Positions 13,609-26,800 of a DNA stretch of 64,000 bases are shown here, one piece after another. Position 1 is the stretch's first letter; each line of letters starts with the position of its first letter. A program made the position numbers and the translations under genes. The DNA is from Lama glama (taxonomy: Eukaryota), in NCBI GenBank assembly GCA_028534125.1, contig CM052817.1, forward strand, positions 31,436,001 through 31,500,000. Direction: 5' to 3'. The notes beneath the pieces are model-generated. The model was not told where the DNA came from. It was given only the letters and a program-made list of their open reading frames with translations, and made no database searches.

Positions 13609-16600
13609 AATATGTCATTAAATGACTTTAGAACACTGGAGCTAGACACAATAATCATAATTAAGTAACACTGTAATTAAAGTATATGGCTTGATATGAC
13701 AACACATCAGTAAGCAAATGTTGCACAGGAAAGACAGGAAATAGTAGAACAAAGGAGAGAGAAAGAAAAATGGAAGAGCTTTCATTTCAAAACAGGATTT
13801 TTAAAAGGAGTTAATCTAACATTACCAGAAATACTGTTTTCGTGGACAGCAGAAGGAAGAATGCGTATATAACCATGCATTAAGTCAGGTGGGTGGGCCA
13901 GATGATGGCTAAATGAAACTCATACCTGCCCTTGAGAATGGAACCTATCTTATCACGTGGACTTCCCCTCTCCATTCATAGCAGAAAGCTGCCACTGAAT
14001 TAGAATGGTCAGGTTTTAAAAATACTAATGTCCTCAAATTGAAAATGGACTTTTAAAAAGATGAACCACAGAGAATAGAGGATGATGACAGGTGATTCTG
14101 GACAAAGTAATATGGCCACCTGTTGCTAATGGGCTAAGAGTAGCTATGATGTTAACCCGTGAATATCACTCAGTACTTTTTAATGAATATTCATATTGTG
14201 GGAGGAAATTTCAAGATGAGTCTAAGACCTCTTGTTACAGAAAGAAGAAATTCTTTCAAAATAAATGAAGCAGAATTAAAGACACAAGGAATTAGTTTAA
14301 AGGGCACCCCTCACTGGCTACATTGTGAAATATGGATGCTAAAAAGCCAAGACTGCATAATGATATGCAAAAAAGGGAAAATTAACATAAATTGATTTTT
14401 TTCTAAATAAAAAAAGTGTTGGTATTAATTTTGTTGCTTTGTATGTATTTATTATAGTGATAAATAATATAAGTAAATATATTAATTTTGTTTAAATGTA
14501 AATTGAGTCCATCCATGAGGAAGTCATGCTTAGAATGACTTCAAAGCAGTAACAAAAGAGCCAGATAGAAGTAAATGATGATGTAAATCAACTATACTTC
14601 AATTATAAAAAAATTTGAACATCACCTTACAATTGATGATATTAAAAAAGAAGCATATGATGAATTTAAGATCCTTTAAAATAACGCAGAACTCCATCTG
14701 CATTATTATCATAATATATGTAAGGCAGAAAAAGATAGGAAGAATGCAACTTAGAGGAGGCTGGGGACATGGTATTTCAGAATTTTATCTATTTAAATCA
14801 AAGGGTAAAAGTTAGAAGAGTCGTTTTTTTTTGGTTTGTTTTTTCAGAGAGGTAAGGCTCTCTTTTACCAAGACAACACTGATCATTAAATTAACACTGA
14901 ATGATGTAGACAGGATTGGGGTGGGGCTTCTATCAACATATTAAAAAAAAAAATCCAGCATGTCCAACTGTGGTTGGGTACAATCATCCTATATATATGT
15001 AAGCCTCAAGTTCCATGTCCCAGTCTTAGGTTTCTGATCAATAAGTAACAGATCAATAAGTTATGGTCTTGAGTTTTAGACCTGGAGACCCTAATAGATC
15101 TGGGAAGGCAAATCAGCTTTAGTAAGTGACTTCCTAACCCTGAAAAGATTAAGCATGCAGCATAGAGACAACGAGATAAATCAGACTCATACTTCCATAG
15201 CTCAGAGTAATCAATGTTTGCTATTTTAGATATCTATAATTTTAAGAGAATCTAGCATATCAGGTTTTTGTCTTTGATTTTAAATTTATAATTAATCTTA
15301 AACTTATTTGAAGTTTAAGAAGAGTTAACTAATTTTTAAAATGATATTTGCACAGTTAAGAGAATTTGATTTACCACACATATATGTTTAATTTATTACA
15401 TTTCCAGGATCATGTAAGGGCTTACAAAGAGCTGTTACAACTGCAGATTTGCCCCTCAGGCATGTGAAGCACTTAAAAAGAAAACTGAACGTATTCCATT
15501 TATTAACGGAAGTTAAATGTTTCAGGAAATTTAATTAACTGAACTTATAAATAAGACTGATTGTTTAAGGACATTTCCTATGTTGAGTATGAATTAAAGT
15601 GATCGTTCTTATTTTTTTAGATTTATAAACAGTATATCAAGATTTACAAGTTAAATTTGAAGGCTTACTGAAAACTAGGTTTTTATACTATAATGTTGAT
15701 AATTTGGATATTAATTTCAAACCAAAGGAGCCATAAATATTCCTGTGTATAAAAACTCCCTCGAGACGTCAGAAGCCCACATGGACAGAGCACTCCTTCC
15801 CCTATCGGCCCCCTAACTCTCTCCTGTCCTCTTTGGCCCTCAAGTCACTTCCTTAGAAAGAGCTCCCCCTACCCAACACCCTCATCCAAATCACAGCCCC
15901 TTCCCTGCTGCTTTCTCCTTGTGTCCCACAGCGTTCCTTCATTACACCACAACTTACAATTACCTATTTATTTGTGAATTTGGGGTTGTTTAATGTCTAT
16001 TTCCCCATGAAGCTATAAGTTCCATGAAGACAGAGACTGCTTCTCCGTATTCTATTTCTATTGCCCAGAACAGCTAACATCTGGTACACTCTAAGCCTAC
16101 AATAAGAAAGATTGAACAAATAAAGTGACTGGGGGGCAGAAGTAACTATGAATGTAGCACACCTGTAATACTAAGCAAGCTGGACCAAACTATAAATGCC
16201 CTTCCTTGTTAGTTTCACAGTTCAAGGAAATAATCATTGCTAGAATGTACTGACCAGTTACTATGCACTGAATGAGACAGGCATTATTGTCCCCAGTTTT
16301 CAGATCATTCAGAGGTTTAGAGACATTAAAATAACTTTGCCCAGAGCCAAACCATTAGTCAGTGATGCTGCTGAACTTGAACCCAGATGTCTCTGATTTA
16401 TAAGCCCATGCCACTCCACTTCAACACAGGGCAGTACTCTCTATACGGTCATCAGAACAATGCTCGGCATAGGGTCAGTGGTTGATGAATTTTAGTGATT
16501 TATATTGATAATTATTATATCTATATTTCAATAAACCTTTCTTTAAAGAAACAGCAATGAAACTAAAAATTAGTCTTTTCATAATTGGAGTCATCAAAGA

Positions 16601-16612
16601 TGATGACTTTCA

Positions 16613-16734
16613 CTTATTTATCTATTTATTTATTTATCTAGTTATTCATTTAAATGGAGGTCCTGGGGATTGAACCTAGGACCTCATGCATGCTAAGCAC
16701 GTGCTCTACCACAAAGTTATACCCTACCCTTCCC
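16613..16734 (-). mobile_element. tRNA-Ala-derived SINE
   Basis: Reverse complement of the same SINE head with (TTTA)n tail; flanking repeat GATGACTTT. Confidence 0.85.
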
Positions 16735-18344
16735 TAGAAGATGACTTTTAAAGATACATAAATCCAGGCTGAGGAAATGAGATAATAATTTGAACCTCAG
16801 AGTAGTTTAATTCATGATCCAATATCTACAGTGTAAGCAACTGGTGAGAGACAAACTCTAAGCCCAGTCTAAACAGGAGAAGCAAGGAGAATTAATTCCT
16901 AGTGAAAGGAAAGAAAGCAGCATTGTTGCTTAGTAAGCATCCACTCACTAACCACCAGGCACTGTGTTAGGTTCCTTCACACAGATCTTTAATCGCTGAG
17001 AAAATCCAAACGGGGGTTATGATGGGTTTGGGGGGAGTCTTATTTTTCTGATTTTTCTTAGCAGATTTTTCAAACCAAACCTCCCCTGACCTGGCCCTGA
17101 AAGAGACCTGTTTGTGCTGGGCTGCTTCAGCTGGGGCTAGCGGTAAGACCCCCCAGGGGCTCGCCTCTGTAACTGGAGGTCGTTGTGCAACTGTTTGCTA
17201 AGGAAGTGGGTTCACCCACTCGGGGGCTTTGTTTTACTGAGTGGAGACGGGAATTTCCGAGCAGAGTTAAATGACGCAGGTCAAGAGACGGGGCATGACA
17301 AGCTGAGTGAAGAAGGAAAGAGAGGAGAGACCCTGTGGTGGAGCTAAGGGGAGTGACTTGGGAGACAGAACAGAAAGAGCACACTGGGAGGTCCGGTAAA
17401 GTTATGTAGATGTGTCATGGGTCCTGCGGTCACCTCCTTCCCCTCCAATACAGTCTACATTTTTCACTAAGGCTTTTAGAATTGGATTGTTTTAGGAGAG
17501 GGATATGTTGACTCTGGCCTGCAGGTGGGCTCAAATTAGCTGCAAGGCAGAGCAAGGTGGGGCTCAGTTTGCTCAATTTGCTCAATTTGTCTGGTTCTCG
17601 GAGAAGCAGCTGTCCTAATGCCTCAACTCGGATCACCTACCACCTCTGCTGGAACACAGGCTAACTGCAAAACAAGTATCTAAGCAGGGAGCGGGTCCTC
17701 CAGTGCTCAAACTGTGAACCTAAATTTATAAAAGACGAGGACCACTCCCAGCTCTGCCACTCCCTACTTGCACCTTAATATCTCAACCTTAGTTTCTGAT
17801 CTGCAGAATGAGAGGCTAAGGAAGAGATTGCTAAGAACTCCATCTTCCAAATCGGTAAAGTGTAACAAAAATGAACTTCTAAGCAGAACTCTAGTGAACA
17901 TACCAAATTTCTTCCAAACCACAGCATTAGCCTACTTCTCATCTTCAGCGATTTCCAAAACATTTCAAAACATGAGCCAAAATACAGTAATCTGTCTATA
18001 TATTAAGTCCGATTTCCCACTCATTTAACAAATTATGTCATTTTTAAAATAATAACTTTTCCATGTAGGACATACAGTAAAATAAGTGCAAGATGACTGG
18101 TTTCACGCTGTCACTGCTACAATTTTTAAAAAATGGCCACACAAAGCAAAACAAAAGTAATTTTAAGAAAAAGAAGTTTCTGAATCAACCATTATAAGGA
18201 TCAAAGAACTCTAAAGCTAAAGTTGCCAAATGTGTTACTTTCTTTTCCTTTCACAGACCAAAACCAGCATCTATACTTACAAGCTGCCCAAATGTACTTG
18301 ATTTTCATAGATCAACCATAGGACATATTTTGGAGGAAACTTAC

Positions 18345-18410
18345 TCATATATTTCTAAATTAGTTGGTTTGTTTTCAGTCACATAGTTGCTTGGAATTAA
18401 GCCTTCATTC
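18345..18410 (-). CDS. TXK: TXK coding exon 5 (SH3 end)
   Basis: 66 bp, tag|G AAT GAA...TAT GA|gtaagt; encodes NEGLIPSNYVTENKPTNLEIY. Confidence 0.95.
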
Positions 18411-19879
18411 CTACAACAAAAGACAAAGCAAAAATCAAAACGCTTGGCGCATTTGTGGCATTATTGTGGCAACAATCCTTTTAAACACCTAAAGGACGTG
18501 GGGGGAAATCAATTCATTTGACAACTTAAATTGTTGAAAGAAGAAAAAAGCTTTTTTCATTTCAACATTCAACTAAAATCTCTGCATGAGAAATACTAAG
18601 TTTCTGAGTTACAATATGAGTAGTTCAAGATGTTTTGTGACATGAAAATCTTTGCAAAGAGGATAAAAGGCATTTGTGATCACTAGCATATCACAGTGTC
18701 TAGATTAAAAAGACATCTTATTACAAAGATATTGACTTAACTCTAATTGCTACAGAATATTCCATGAAATATTTTAGTTTAGTCACACCCCATTACAGCA
18801 ATGCTATTTAAAAAATACTTGAACATGCCTTCTTGTGTACAAGCAAGAGTATTTCTCTAAGACGGATACCAAGCAGGGTAATTGCAGGTCACAGAATATG
18901 TACAGCTTTCAGTAGATATGGCAAAATTGCTATTGAAGGGAAATATATCCATTTACACACTAATTGGCAGGGGAGGGGTATCTCTTTTCCTATACCTTCA
19001 TCAGTAAAATCTGAACTTTAAAATCATGAAAACATCTCCAAGACATGTTGTTGAGGAACACAAGCAAGTTGCAGAGCAATGCATAAAATATGGTAAGATT
19101 TAGGTCAGTCAGATCTGCAAACAATATCATATATTTCAATACATGCATGAGAGTGTGTTTAAAATAACCTGGATGGGTACTAACTAAAGGAATAATGGTG
19201 CTTACTCTGGGGAAAGAGACTGGGTTTGGAAGTGTAGCAAAACAGAATGTTGGCATTATTTATCTTGTTTGAATATTATTTTTAGAAAGAATATTCACTT
19301 ATTAGCTTTGAAGTTAAAAATTGTTTTTTTTTTAAAGTCCGAGTCATGCCAATAGACCACCTGCAGGAGTAACTAATTACACAGCCCTGAACCTCCTAAT
19401 ACCTCTTTTCCCACTGAAAGGTCTCCATCACATGTTGAATCTCAACAAAGAACTGGTAAAAGAGCCAAATCATCAAGAAAACATAAAGAAAGAGGGATGT
19501 CTGTACTTCAAATGCTTAGATACTTATAATCTCCAAATCTTGACAAGGATCAGAAATCAATGCCAGGATTCTCTCCTAGAAAGCTCAGATACTCCTCAGA
19601 ATTCTTCTCTACCCAAGACTCCAGACTGGAAGTAACAATATATTGCAGCTGAAATGAAGTTTTTTTGCATCCCAGGGTCTTTTTCCCTCCAACTTGATAC
19701 AGCAACTATTGCAATGTTTATTTCCAAAATTAGTCATTGTAGAAATATGAAAATGAGTACAATTCTGTTTCTGTTTCTACCTTGGAGCTTAACAGGAAAA
19801 ACGTCAAATTCCCAAAGAAAGCATAAATCAGAATAAGAATTTATACGGTAGGAATTTTTTTCCACATTTTACAAATAAA

Positions 19880-20598
19880 GAAACAAAAACTTACTAAAAA
19901 TAGAACTACCATATGATCCAGGAGTTCCACTTCTGGGTATTTATCTGAAGAAAATGAAAACACTAACTCAAAAAGATATATGCACCCATTGCAGCACTAT
20001 TTACAATAGCCAAGATATGGAAACAATCCAAGTGTCTATGGATGGATGAGTGGATAAAGAAAATGTGGTACATATATCTACAATGGAATATTATTTGGCC
20101 ATAAAAAGAATGAAGTATTGTCATGTGCAACAACATTGACCTTGAGGGCATTATGCTAAACGAAATAAATCAGACTGAGAAAGACAAATACCATACTCAC
20201 TTACATGTGGAATCAAAAAAAAACCTTTAAATTTAAAAAACAAACAAACAGGCTCATAGATACAAAGAACAGACTGGTGGTTGCCAGAGGCAGGGGGTAG
20301 GTGGAGGATGAATGGGTGAATGGGGTCAAAAGGTATAAACTTCCAGTTAAGAATAAGTAAGTCCTGGAGATATAATGTATAGCATGGTGACTATAGCTAA
20401 TAGTACTGTATTGCATGTTTGAAAGTTGCTAAGAGAGTAAATCTTAAAAGTTCTCATCACAAGAAAAAGAAAATTGTAGCTATGTATGGTGATGGGTGTT
20501 AACTAGACTTGTAGTGATTATTTCACAATATATTCAAATATTGAATCATTATATTGTACACATAAAACTAATGTAATGTTATATGTCATTTATACCTG
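19880..20598 (+). mobile_element. L1 (L1MA-like) 3' region
   Basis: ATAGAACTACCATATGATCCAG...ATGGAATATTATT...AAAGTTGCTAAGAGAGTA...ATATGTCATTTATACCT, standard L1 3' end. Confidence 0.88.
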
Positions 20599-20602
20599 AG
20601 AA

Positions 20603-20654
<52 letters not shown>

Positions 20655-20665
20655 GAAAGAAAGAA
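20599..20665 (+). repeat. (GAAA)n microsatellite grown from the L1 tail
   Basis: Directly visible tandem GAAA units. Confidence 0.95.
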
Positions 20666-20955
20666 GGCAAGGGGAGAAAGAAGACTCAGAGAGAGTGAGT
20701 GACTTACCCAAGGACACACAGAAGTACATGACAACATCAGGATATAAACCCACGTGTGCCCAGTTCTGAGAGTCTGCCTGAAATCATGGTGCAAAAATGC
20801 TCTCTCATACAGATGGGGAGGTGTGGGAATGGGTTCTATTTCATTTACAAGGAATAGTTATAAACCTGGAGAAAATAAACCACTACTTTATGCTTCAAAA
20901 GTCTTTAGAGAACGAAAGAGGAGTGATTTGGTAAAGACCAAGCCACCAGTCTTAC

Positions 20956-21161
20956 CCCAGGCGGTCTCTGGCCTTCCACCAGTGAGGATTATACTTCTCC
21001 AGTATCAGGTACTCCTCTGCTCTCTTTAACGCTAAATCATAGGGCTCTCTGGGCAGATAATCATACAGTGCCTTGACTTGGATCCTCTCTTCAGCAACCT
21101 CAGATGGCGGGAGGGGAGGCAGCGGCTTGCGTTTTGATGGTTGCACACGGCCACTGTTGGA
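20956..21161 (-). CDS. TXK: TXK coding exon 4 (proline-rich region and SH3)
   Basis: 206 bp, cag|TCC AAC...CTG GG|gtaaga; encodes SNSGRVQPSKRKPLPPLPPSEVAEERIQVKALYDY...HWWKARDRL. Confidence 0.96.
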
Positions 21162-21844
21162 CTGTAAGAACTAAGGAGTGAGTCGCTGTACTTTGTTTCA
21201 GTAATCTGTACTAAATAAGAAGAGGCATATATAGGCTGTTTGCCTGCTGCTTCATTCTCCTACCCAACTGCACCAAAACAGAAGCCAGGGCGGGATAAAC
21301 GTAGGAAATTACTAACTCTAAAACAGCCTTTCAGTCCAGCCACACACTCATCATTCTGTAAACTCTCAAGATCACAAATTCTCTTGCCAGCATTGCATTG
21401 ATTCTTTTTTCATCTCACAATTCTTAAAATTTTATCTCCTTAATAGTTACACTTTAAGGACTTTCCTCTCTTGGAAACAGAAAAACAGCTCTTCCCTTCC
21501 ATGTACTGTAAGCTTGTGTTTCGGTTTATCACACTTCCCAAGAAAATGGATTCTCCAACACTGAACAGAAAATTACTCCTGGCTTCAAAATGGCAGTAGC
21601 CAGAATATATTTTTTTTCCTATTTCCAGTTCTGCCAAAATGTAGGAGAGCAGGCTATTTTAACTGGCCTTTTTTTCTTTCACTTTTTTCTAGGACATTGA
21701 TTTACTAAATGTTTTTTCATAGCTTATTATGTGCTAAGCATGATACTAGGTTCCAGGCAGTGCAGCAAACAGTACCTCATGAAGCACAGACCCTAAAAAT
21801 GCCACCTTCCTCTAGCCCTTCTGCCTCATCAAAACGATACTCAC

Positions 21845-21947
21845 TTGCTTCTTACTTGGCAATCCACTGAACCACGGTCTGCGATGCTCCGTGTATTTTT
21901 CGGAAAGTTCTTCATCCTTGCTCAGGCTTATTTGTGTCCTCACTTGT
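21845..21947 (-). CDS. TXK: TXK coding exon 3
   Basis: 103 bp, cag|A CAA GTG...AAG CAA|gtgagt; encodes QVRTQISLSKDEELSEKYTEHRRPWFSGLPSKKQ. Confidence 0.93.
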
Positions 21948-22339
21948 CTGACATTGAAGAGTAATCATGTCACAAATGATCATTTGGACCCAAATTGTCT
22001 GTAAATCTACTAGATTATCACAAACTAGTGGGAAAATCTCCTTCCTATTGCTTTTTTATTTAGAAGACTTCCTAACTCCATTTCCTTGGGCAAGTTACTA
22101 TCTTTCAGAACTTCATTTTTCTTATCTGGGAACTAGAGATGCTAAGAGTATATATACAAAGTTGTTATGAAATAAAATTAAGAAAACACATGTCACATGC
22201 CCAGTCCAGAATCTGGGGCATATTAGGGGCATAAAACTATAATCATGAAGTGAAGACCTTCCTTTGTGTCAGACACAGTGTTGATCATTTTACAGGCATC
22301 ACCTCATTTGATGGTATCTACTGTTTCAAGTGGGCACGG

Positions 22340-22560
22340 TGGAGTGATTAAGAACATGAGTTTGAATCCCAGATCTACCATTTCATGGTGTGGCCTTGGG
22401 TAAGCAATGTCACCTCTCTAAGCTTCAATTTCTCCACCTGTGTAACGGGGATTGTAAAAAAAAAAAAAGCACGGGTGGTTTCGAGAGTTACTTGAGCTAG
22501 AAAACGCAAACTTCCTAGCACAGTCTGACACATAAGACATTCCCACTCAATGCTGACTGA
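22340..22560 (+). mobile_element. MIR
   Basis: GTTTGAATCCCAGATCTACCA...GGCCTTGGGTAAG..ACCTCTCTAAGCTTCAATTTCTCCACCTGT MIR core. Confidence 0.75.
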
Positions 22561-22879
22561 TACTGCCATCACGGCGCCCTGGATTTTATCCTTATACATC
22601 CTTTGCTGGGCACCAAAGTGCAAAACACACTGATGGTTTTGGGGAGATACTCAAATGCATAAGGCAGGATTCTTGCCCTTAAAGGGTAATAATTACAGAG
22701 TGAAACACAGACATAAGCAGCATCCATGAACTAAATATGAAATAAAGAACCAAGCTGCATGCTTTGAACCACACCACAGAAGGAGCAGTTAAATCCAAGA
22801 GGATCAAGGAAGGATCACAGACCTGACACTCTGACCTATCGCTAGCTTTAAATGAATGTGCATTCAACAGCAAGAAAAT

Positions 22880-23028
22880 GGGAAGGGTATAGCTCAGTGG
22901 TAGAGTGCGTGCTTATTATGCACAAGGTCCTGGGCTCAAGCCCCAGTACCTCCATTAAAAACAATAATAAACAAATAAATAAACTTAACTATCTCCCCCT
23001 ACCAAGGGAGAAAAAAAAGAAAACAGGG
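22880..23028 (+). mobile_element. tRNA-Ala-derived SINE
   Basis: GGGTATAGCTCAGTGGTAGAGTGCGTGCTT... head with A-rich tail; TSD AGAAAATGGGA at 22873-22883 and 23029-23039. Confidence 0.88.
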
Positions 23029-23151
23029 AGAAAATGGGAGACAGGTTTCCCAGGCAAAGGGAACAGCAGATACAAAGAGACATGGAGACCTGACAGACAA
23101 AGAAACGGAATGAATTAATTTCCAAGGAGTTGCCCTCGGAAACAGACTTAC

Positions 23152-23206
23152 CGCTTCTGCACGGAACAGCAACAGCAGCAACAGAAAATTGACTGGATGG
23201 TGTTAT
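23152..23206 (-). CDS. TXK: TXK coding exon 2 (six-cysteine palmitoylation string)
   Basis: 55 bp, cag|AT AAC ACC...AAG CG|gtaagt; encodes NTIQSIFCCCCCCSVQK. Confidence 0.96.
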
Positions 23207-24059
23207 CTGAAAAGCAGATCATTCTCAACCATTAGAAATCATGAGTCCATGACATTGGATAGATGAGGCTGGAGGTGCTATTCCAAAGGAGGAAATCCCT
23301 GAGGGCAGGGGTGCTAGAAATTTTTCTAAAGCAGATGCAAAGTCTTGACTGTGCCCTTCCTCACTAGTAGAAGGTGGAAAGTTGTCACTAACACAAAAAT
23401 AAGTTACTGGCACCCTGGCCACTGCGGTTTCCCTTCTCAGGCGTTTCTCCCCGGGTCTGGTTTCATGCATTTCCTCAGTGAGTGAGTGAGAAATGACCAC
23501 TGCAGTCTCCTCTACCCTGATCAGGACTAGCTAACAAACATCGAAAGAGTATGATTCCAAAAGCAATGTTCTTGGAAGTTTATTAGCAGGGATTTTGAAT
23601 TAGGTCCATCACATTTCTTCAAAAATATTTTTAGTATATATATTTATACAAAATAATACAAATATATTAAATATAATATTTAATATATTTACAATGCATT
23701 TAGCATAATATAATATAATGATATAATTTAACATAATTATTTTAGTTTTACATTTTATGTATAAAAATATATTTCTACCTTTTGGGCTCTCAAATTTTCT
23801 GTGGAATAGGGCCAGACGTAAACTGAATATTTAAAGAAAGCATTAGCTAGCTAGTAAATCCGAGTCATGTTTACACTTTTATTGTCAAGCTTAATCTTTG
23901 TTTAAGATCGATCATTTGCCCTTTTTGAAGCCATAAATAAAATTTGGCTTTATCAAAAGGATGTTTTATGTTCCTAGAATCTGTATTTCACAGTCAGCTC
24001 TTTCTCATATTGATACCTGGAAAGGAAGTATTATTAAGGAAGCAGAGTACATTAGACAT

Positions 24060-24400
24060 GAGTGTTAGCTTTGAGGTTAGAAAGATCTGGGTGTGAATTC
24101 TAGCTAGGGGGCAGGGGAACAAACTATATCTGAGATAAGTCCCTTTACTTCTCTAAGTCTTTGTCGTCCTATCTGTAAAAACAAGATAATCATACCTACC
24201 CGCTTTGAGAAGCTATTAAAGGGCAGATGTTAATCTCCAACTTTGTGGGTTAAATAAGTTATTTAACTATTCTGTGCTTAAGTTTCCTCATCTATAAAAT
24301 GGGAATAATAGGATACTTAGTATATAAGGCTTCTGTGAACATTAACTGAATGAATTCATATAAAGCACCTAGAACAATAAGAGTAATCAAAAATATTATC
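24060..24400 (+). mobile_element. Two adjacent MIR fragments
   Basis: MIR core motifs (TCTGTAAAA...ATAATCATACCTACC; AGTTTCCTCATCTATAAAATGGGAATAATA). Confidence 0.7.
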
Positions 24401-24479
24401 ATTATACGGTTGTTGAGAAGATTAGATTAGATATTTTCCCTAAAGTTCTGGAACACAGAAGAGGGGTGCAAACAGAAGA

Positions 24480-26800
24480 CCCCAGTACAATCTACCCCTC
24501 AGCATCCACTGTATGCCCCAGAAAAGGGGATGCAATGGAGTCCCATCAGGTACTACAGTATCACCAGGTGATGTCAATTTGATCATACTCCCACCTGAAA
24601 CCTAGTACATTAACCACCATTAGGATTCCTAAGTAAGATAGAGAAGGAAATGAGGAGAAAAGAAGAGAAATATAAAACATAGCTGCTACAATTCCCGCCT
24701 CTATAGCTGTCCTGAGTCCGCAGTTGATCACAGATACCCTCTGTCACCACTCATTACTTGTTCCCCCTTGCCTCTGCCAACACTCTGGCTTCAGGGGGTG
24801 CTTTACCTGATGGAATTGCCCAGATGTTCACTCCTGAGGGATCTGGGTCCATAGCTGATCTTATCTTAACGGGGTTTTTAGAATTTTCCACTGACCAGGA
24901 CTATTATGAATTTTAAGAAGTAAAGCGAGTGAATTCCCTGAGTTTCAAAGCCCTTTTTGTCCTCATCAGGAAGAATGAACCCAATTCCTTCTTGGGAATC
25001 AGGATACTCATCCTGGCTACCCTGACCCCTTCCTGTGCCTATCAATTCAGTGACACAAGGAATCCCAAAATGGTTAGAGGGCAGCCTCAACTTCCAACAT
25101 TCCCTAAGGAAAGGACTCTTCTGTTCGGCACTGGACTCTCCAAATTCAGCAAACCAAGGTCACAGGGAAAGAGCATAACAATATTCCAGTGGGTTATTAG
25201 GTAGTGAGAGGGGCCACTCTAGTCTCTACTCCTTTGTTCCCAGACTCACGCATCCTGCTGTATGGGAACAGCACCGTATTTGCTGCTGGCTTAAGACATT
25301 TATTGCATCCTAGAGGACACCACTCCCACTTTGCAAGATGTCGTTTCCCCGATGTCACAGGAATTGAGCCTTTAACAGGCCACTCCTCTGTCCTAGCAAG
25401 CCAGCTTCTTCTGAGTTACGGGACACGTGGTAAGAGCATTCAGAGAACCACTGAGCAAGGACCAGTGGAACTAAGAAAAGGTTAACTGACTCCACAAAAT
25501 GGATCATCTTGGAGACTTTTGGTTACATCTTCTCATTCTCTCCCCATTCCAAGAGTTTCAAGCACATTCCTCTCCACCAGATCTTCCACCAGTCTCCCAG
25601 TCTTGTTCTTTCCACAACCCCGACCAGCAGGCCAACTTTTTTGCCATTGCCTACGAGTCACCGTAGATCAGTGCCTCAGATTATTTTCCCTAGTGAAGTG
25701 AACAAACTGCTGTACTTCTTGAAGTACAGAAAGAATTTCTTTTTAATACAATCTTTCAGGCTACCTCTGAAAGAGGTCATAGTACAATGGCTGTTAATTT
25801 CCTGTTCATGTGGACTCAGGATGCAGATCTATCTGTAAATCAGCCTCAATGGGAAATTCCTCTTGGGGCCTCTGGTGTGAGTGGAAGGAGAAGGAGGAAG
25901 AATGGGAGCCACGTGAACATGACGCCTGCTCATGAAGTTTTCTTGGGCTCACTTTCATGCATACCACTTCCAAATTATGATGGGTTACTGCTGTGCATGC
26001 CCAGTTTCTTGGTTCAGTGAATCAGGTAACACTCAGCTCACAACAGGCAGTTTGGATCGCATAAATATCTCACGGTCCGTGGATGAAGCATTCAGTCTTC
26101 ACCAGTAGCAAGCCAGGAACTACTTTTCCCAGTCAAAAATAGTTATCAGCACAGGCTCAAGTCACAGCTCCAAATTTCTGGAGGTCTGTGCTGTGTTCTC
26201 ATATTGGGACTTTTAGAAGCCTCATCAAGCCAACATTTTGCCCTTCATCCCAGGCACCAGTGATAACGTGAGTGATTGATAATTGGTAATTGATTGATAA
26301 TTGATAATATTCCTCCCAGCAATAAGGCTGGACCTCTAACTATATGACCAAATAAATCCCAGATCCAATTTCAACTCTGTTTCCTAAAGCCACTTCTGAT
26401 ACCAATGACTGTATCAGTGTTAGGGCTCCAACACAAAACATGACATACTTAAATTTGAATAATTTTTAAAGGGTTTATTTACAAGGAGACTAATTACAAA
26501 GGTGTGGAAGAGGGTAAAGTAATCATAAAGAATGTGCAGAAGCCTGGATCCCACCATGGTGGAACTGTCACCATCCCTAGGTCCAAAAGGATTAGGAAAG
26601 TGAGAGAGAGTTAAGTAGAGCAGAGATCACTTTACAGGAGCAATGATCTGCTGTTGAGGGACACGGCCAGCTCAAGGCCCCCACAACTTCCTTCCAGGGC
26701 TCCCCATGTGTGTAATGCAAACAGAAGCCAGAGGGCTTGGAAGCTTATTGAACCAAGCCCTACAGTCTGCTTTTCCAGGGTAGAGTACAGGGTGGATAAG
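24480..26800 (-). mobile_element. Old ERVL/MaLR-type element: LTR (~26410-26800), PBS and degraded internal sequence
   Basis: On minus, LTR end ...TGATACA is followed closely by TGGTATCAGAAGTGG (26390-26404), similar to a tRNA-Leu primer-binding site; outer limits approximate. Confidence 0.6.

Noticed and set aside
22880..22955. tRNA-Ala gene (also 2164, 6854, 16613)
   Set aside because: Degenerate stems, A-rich tails and target-site duplications mark these as SINEs, not functional tRNA genes.
23620..23780. Very AT-rich tract as a structured element
   Set aside because: Low complexity with no clear termini or periodicity that I can support.
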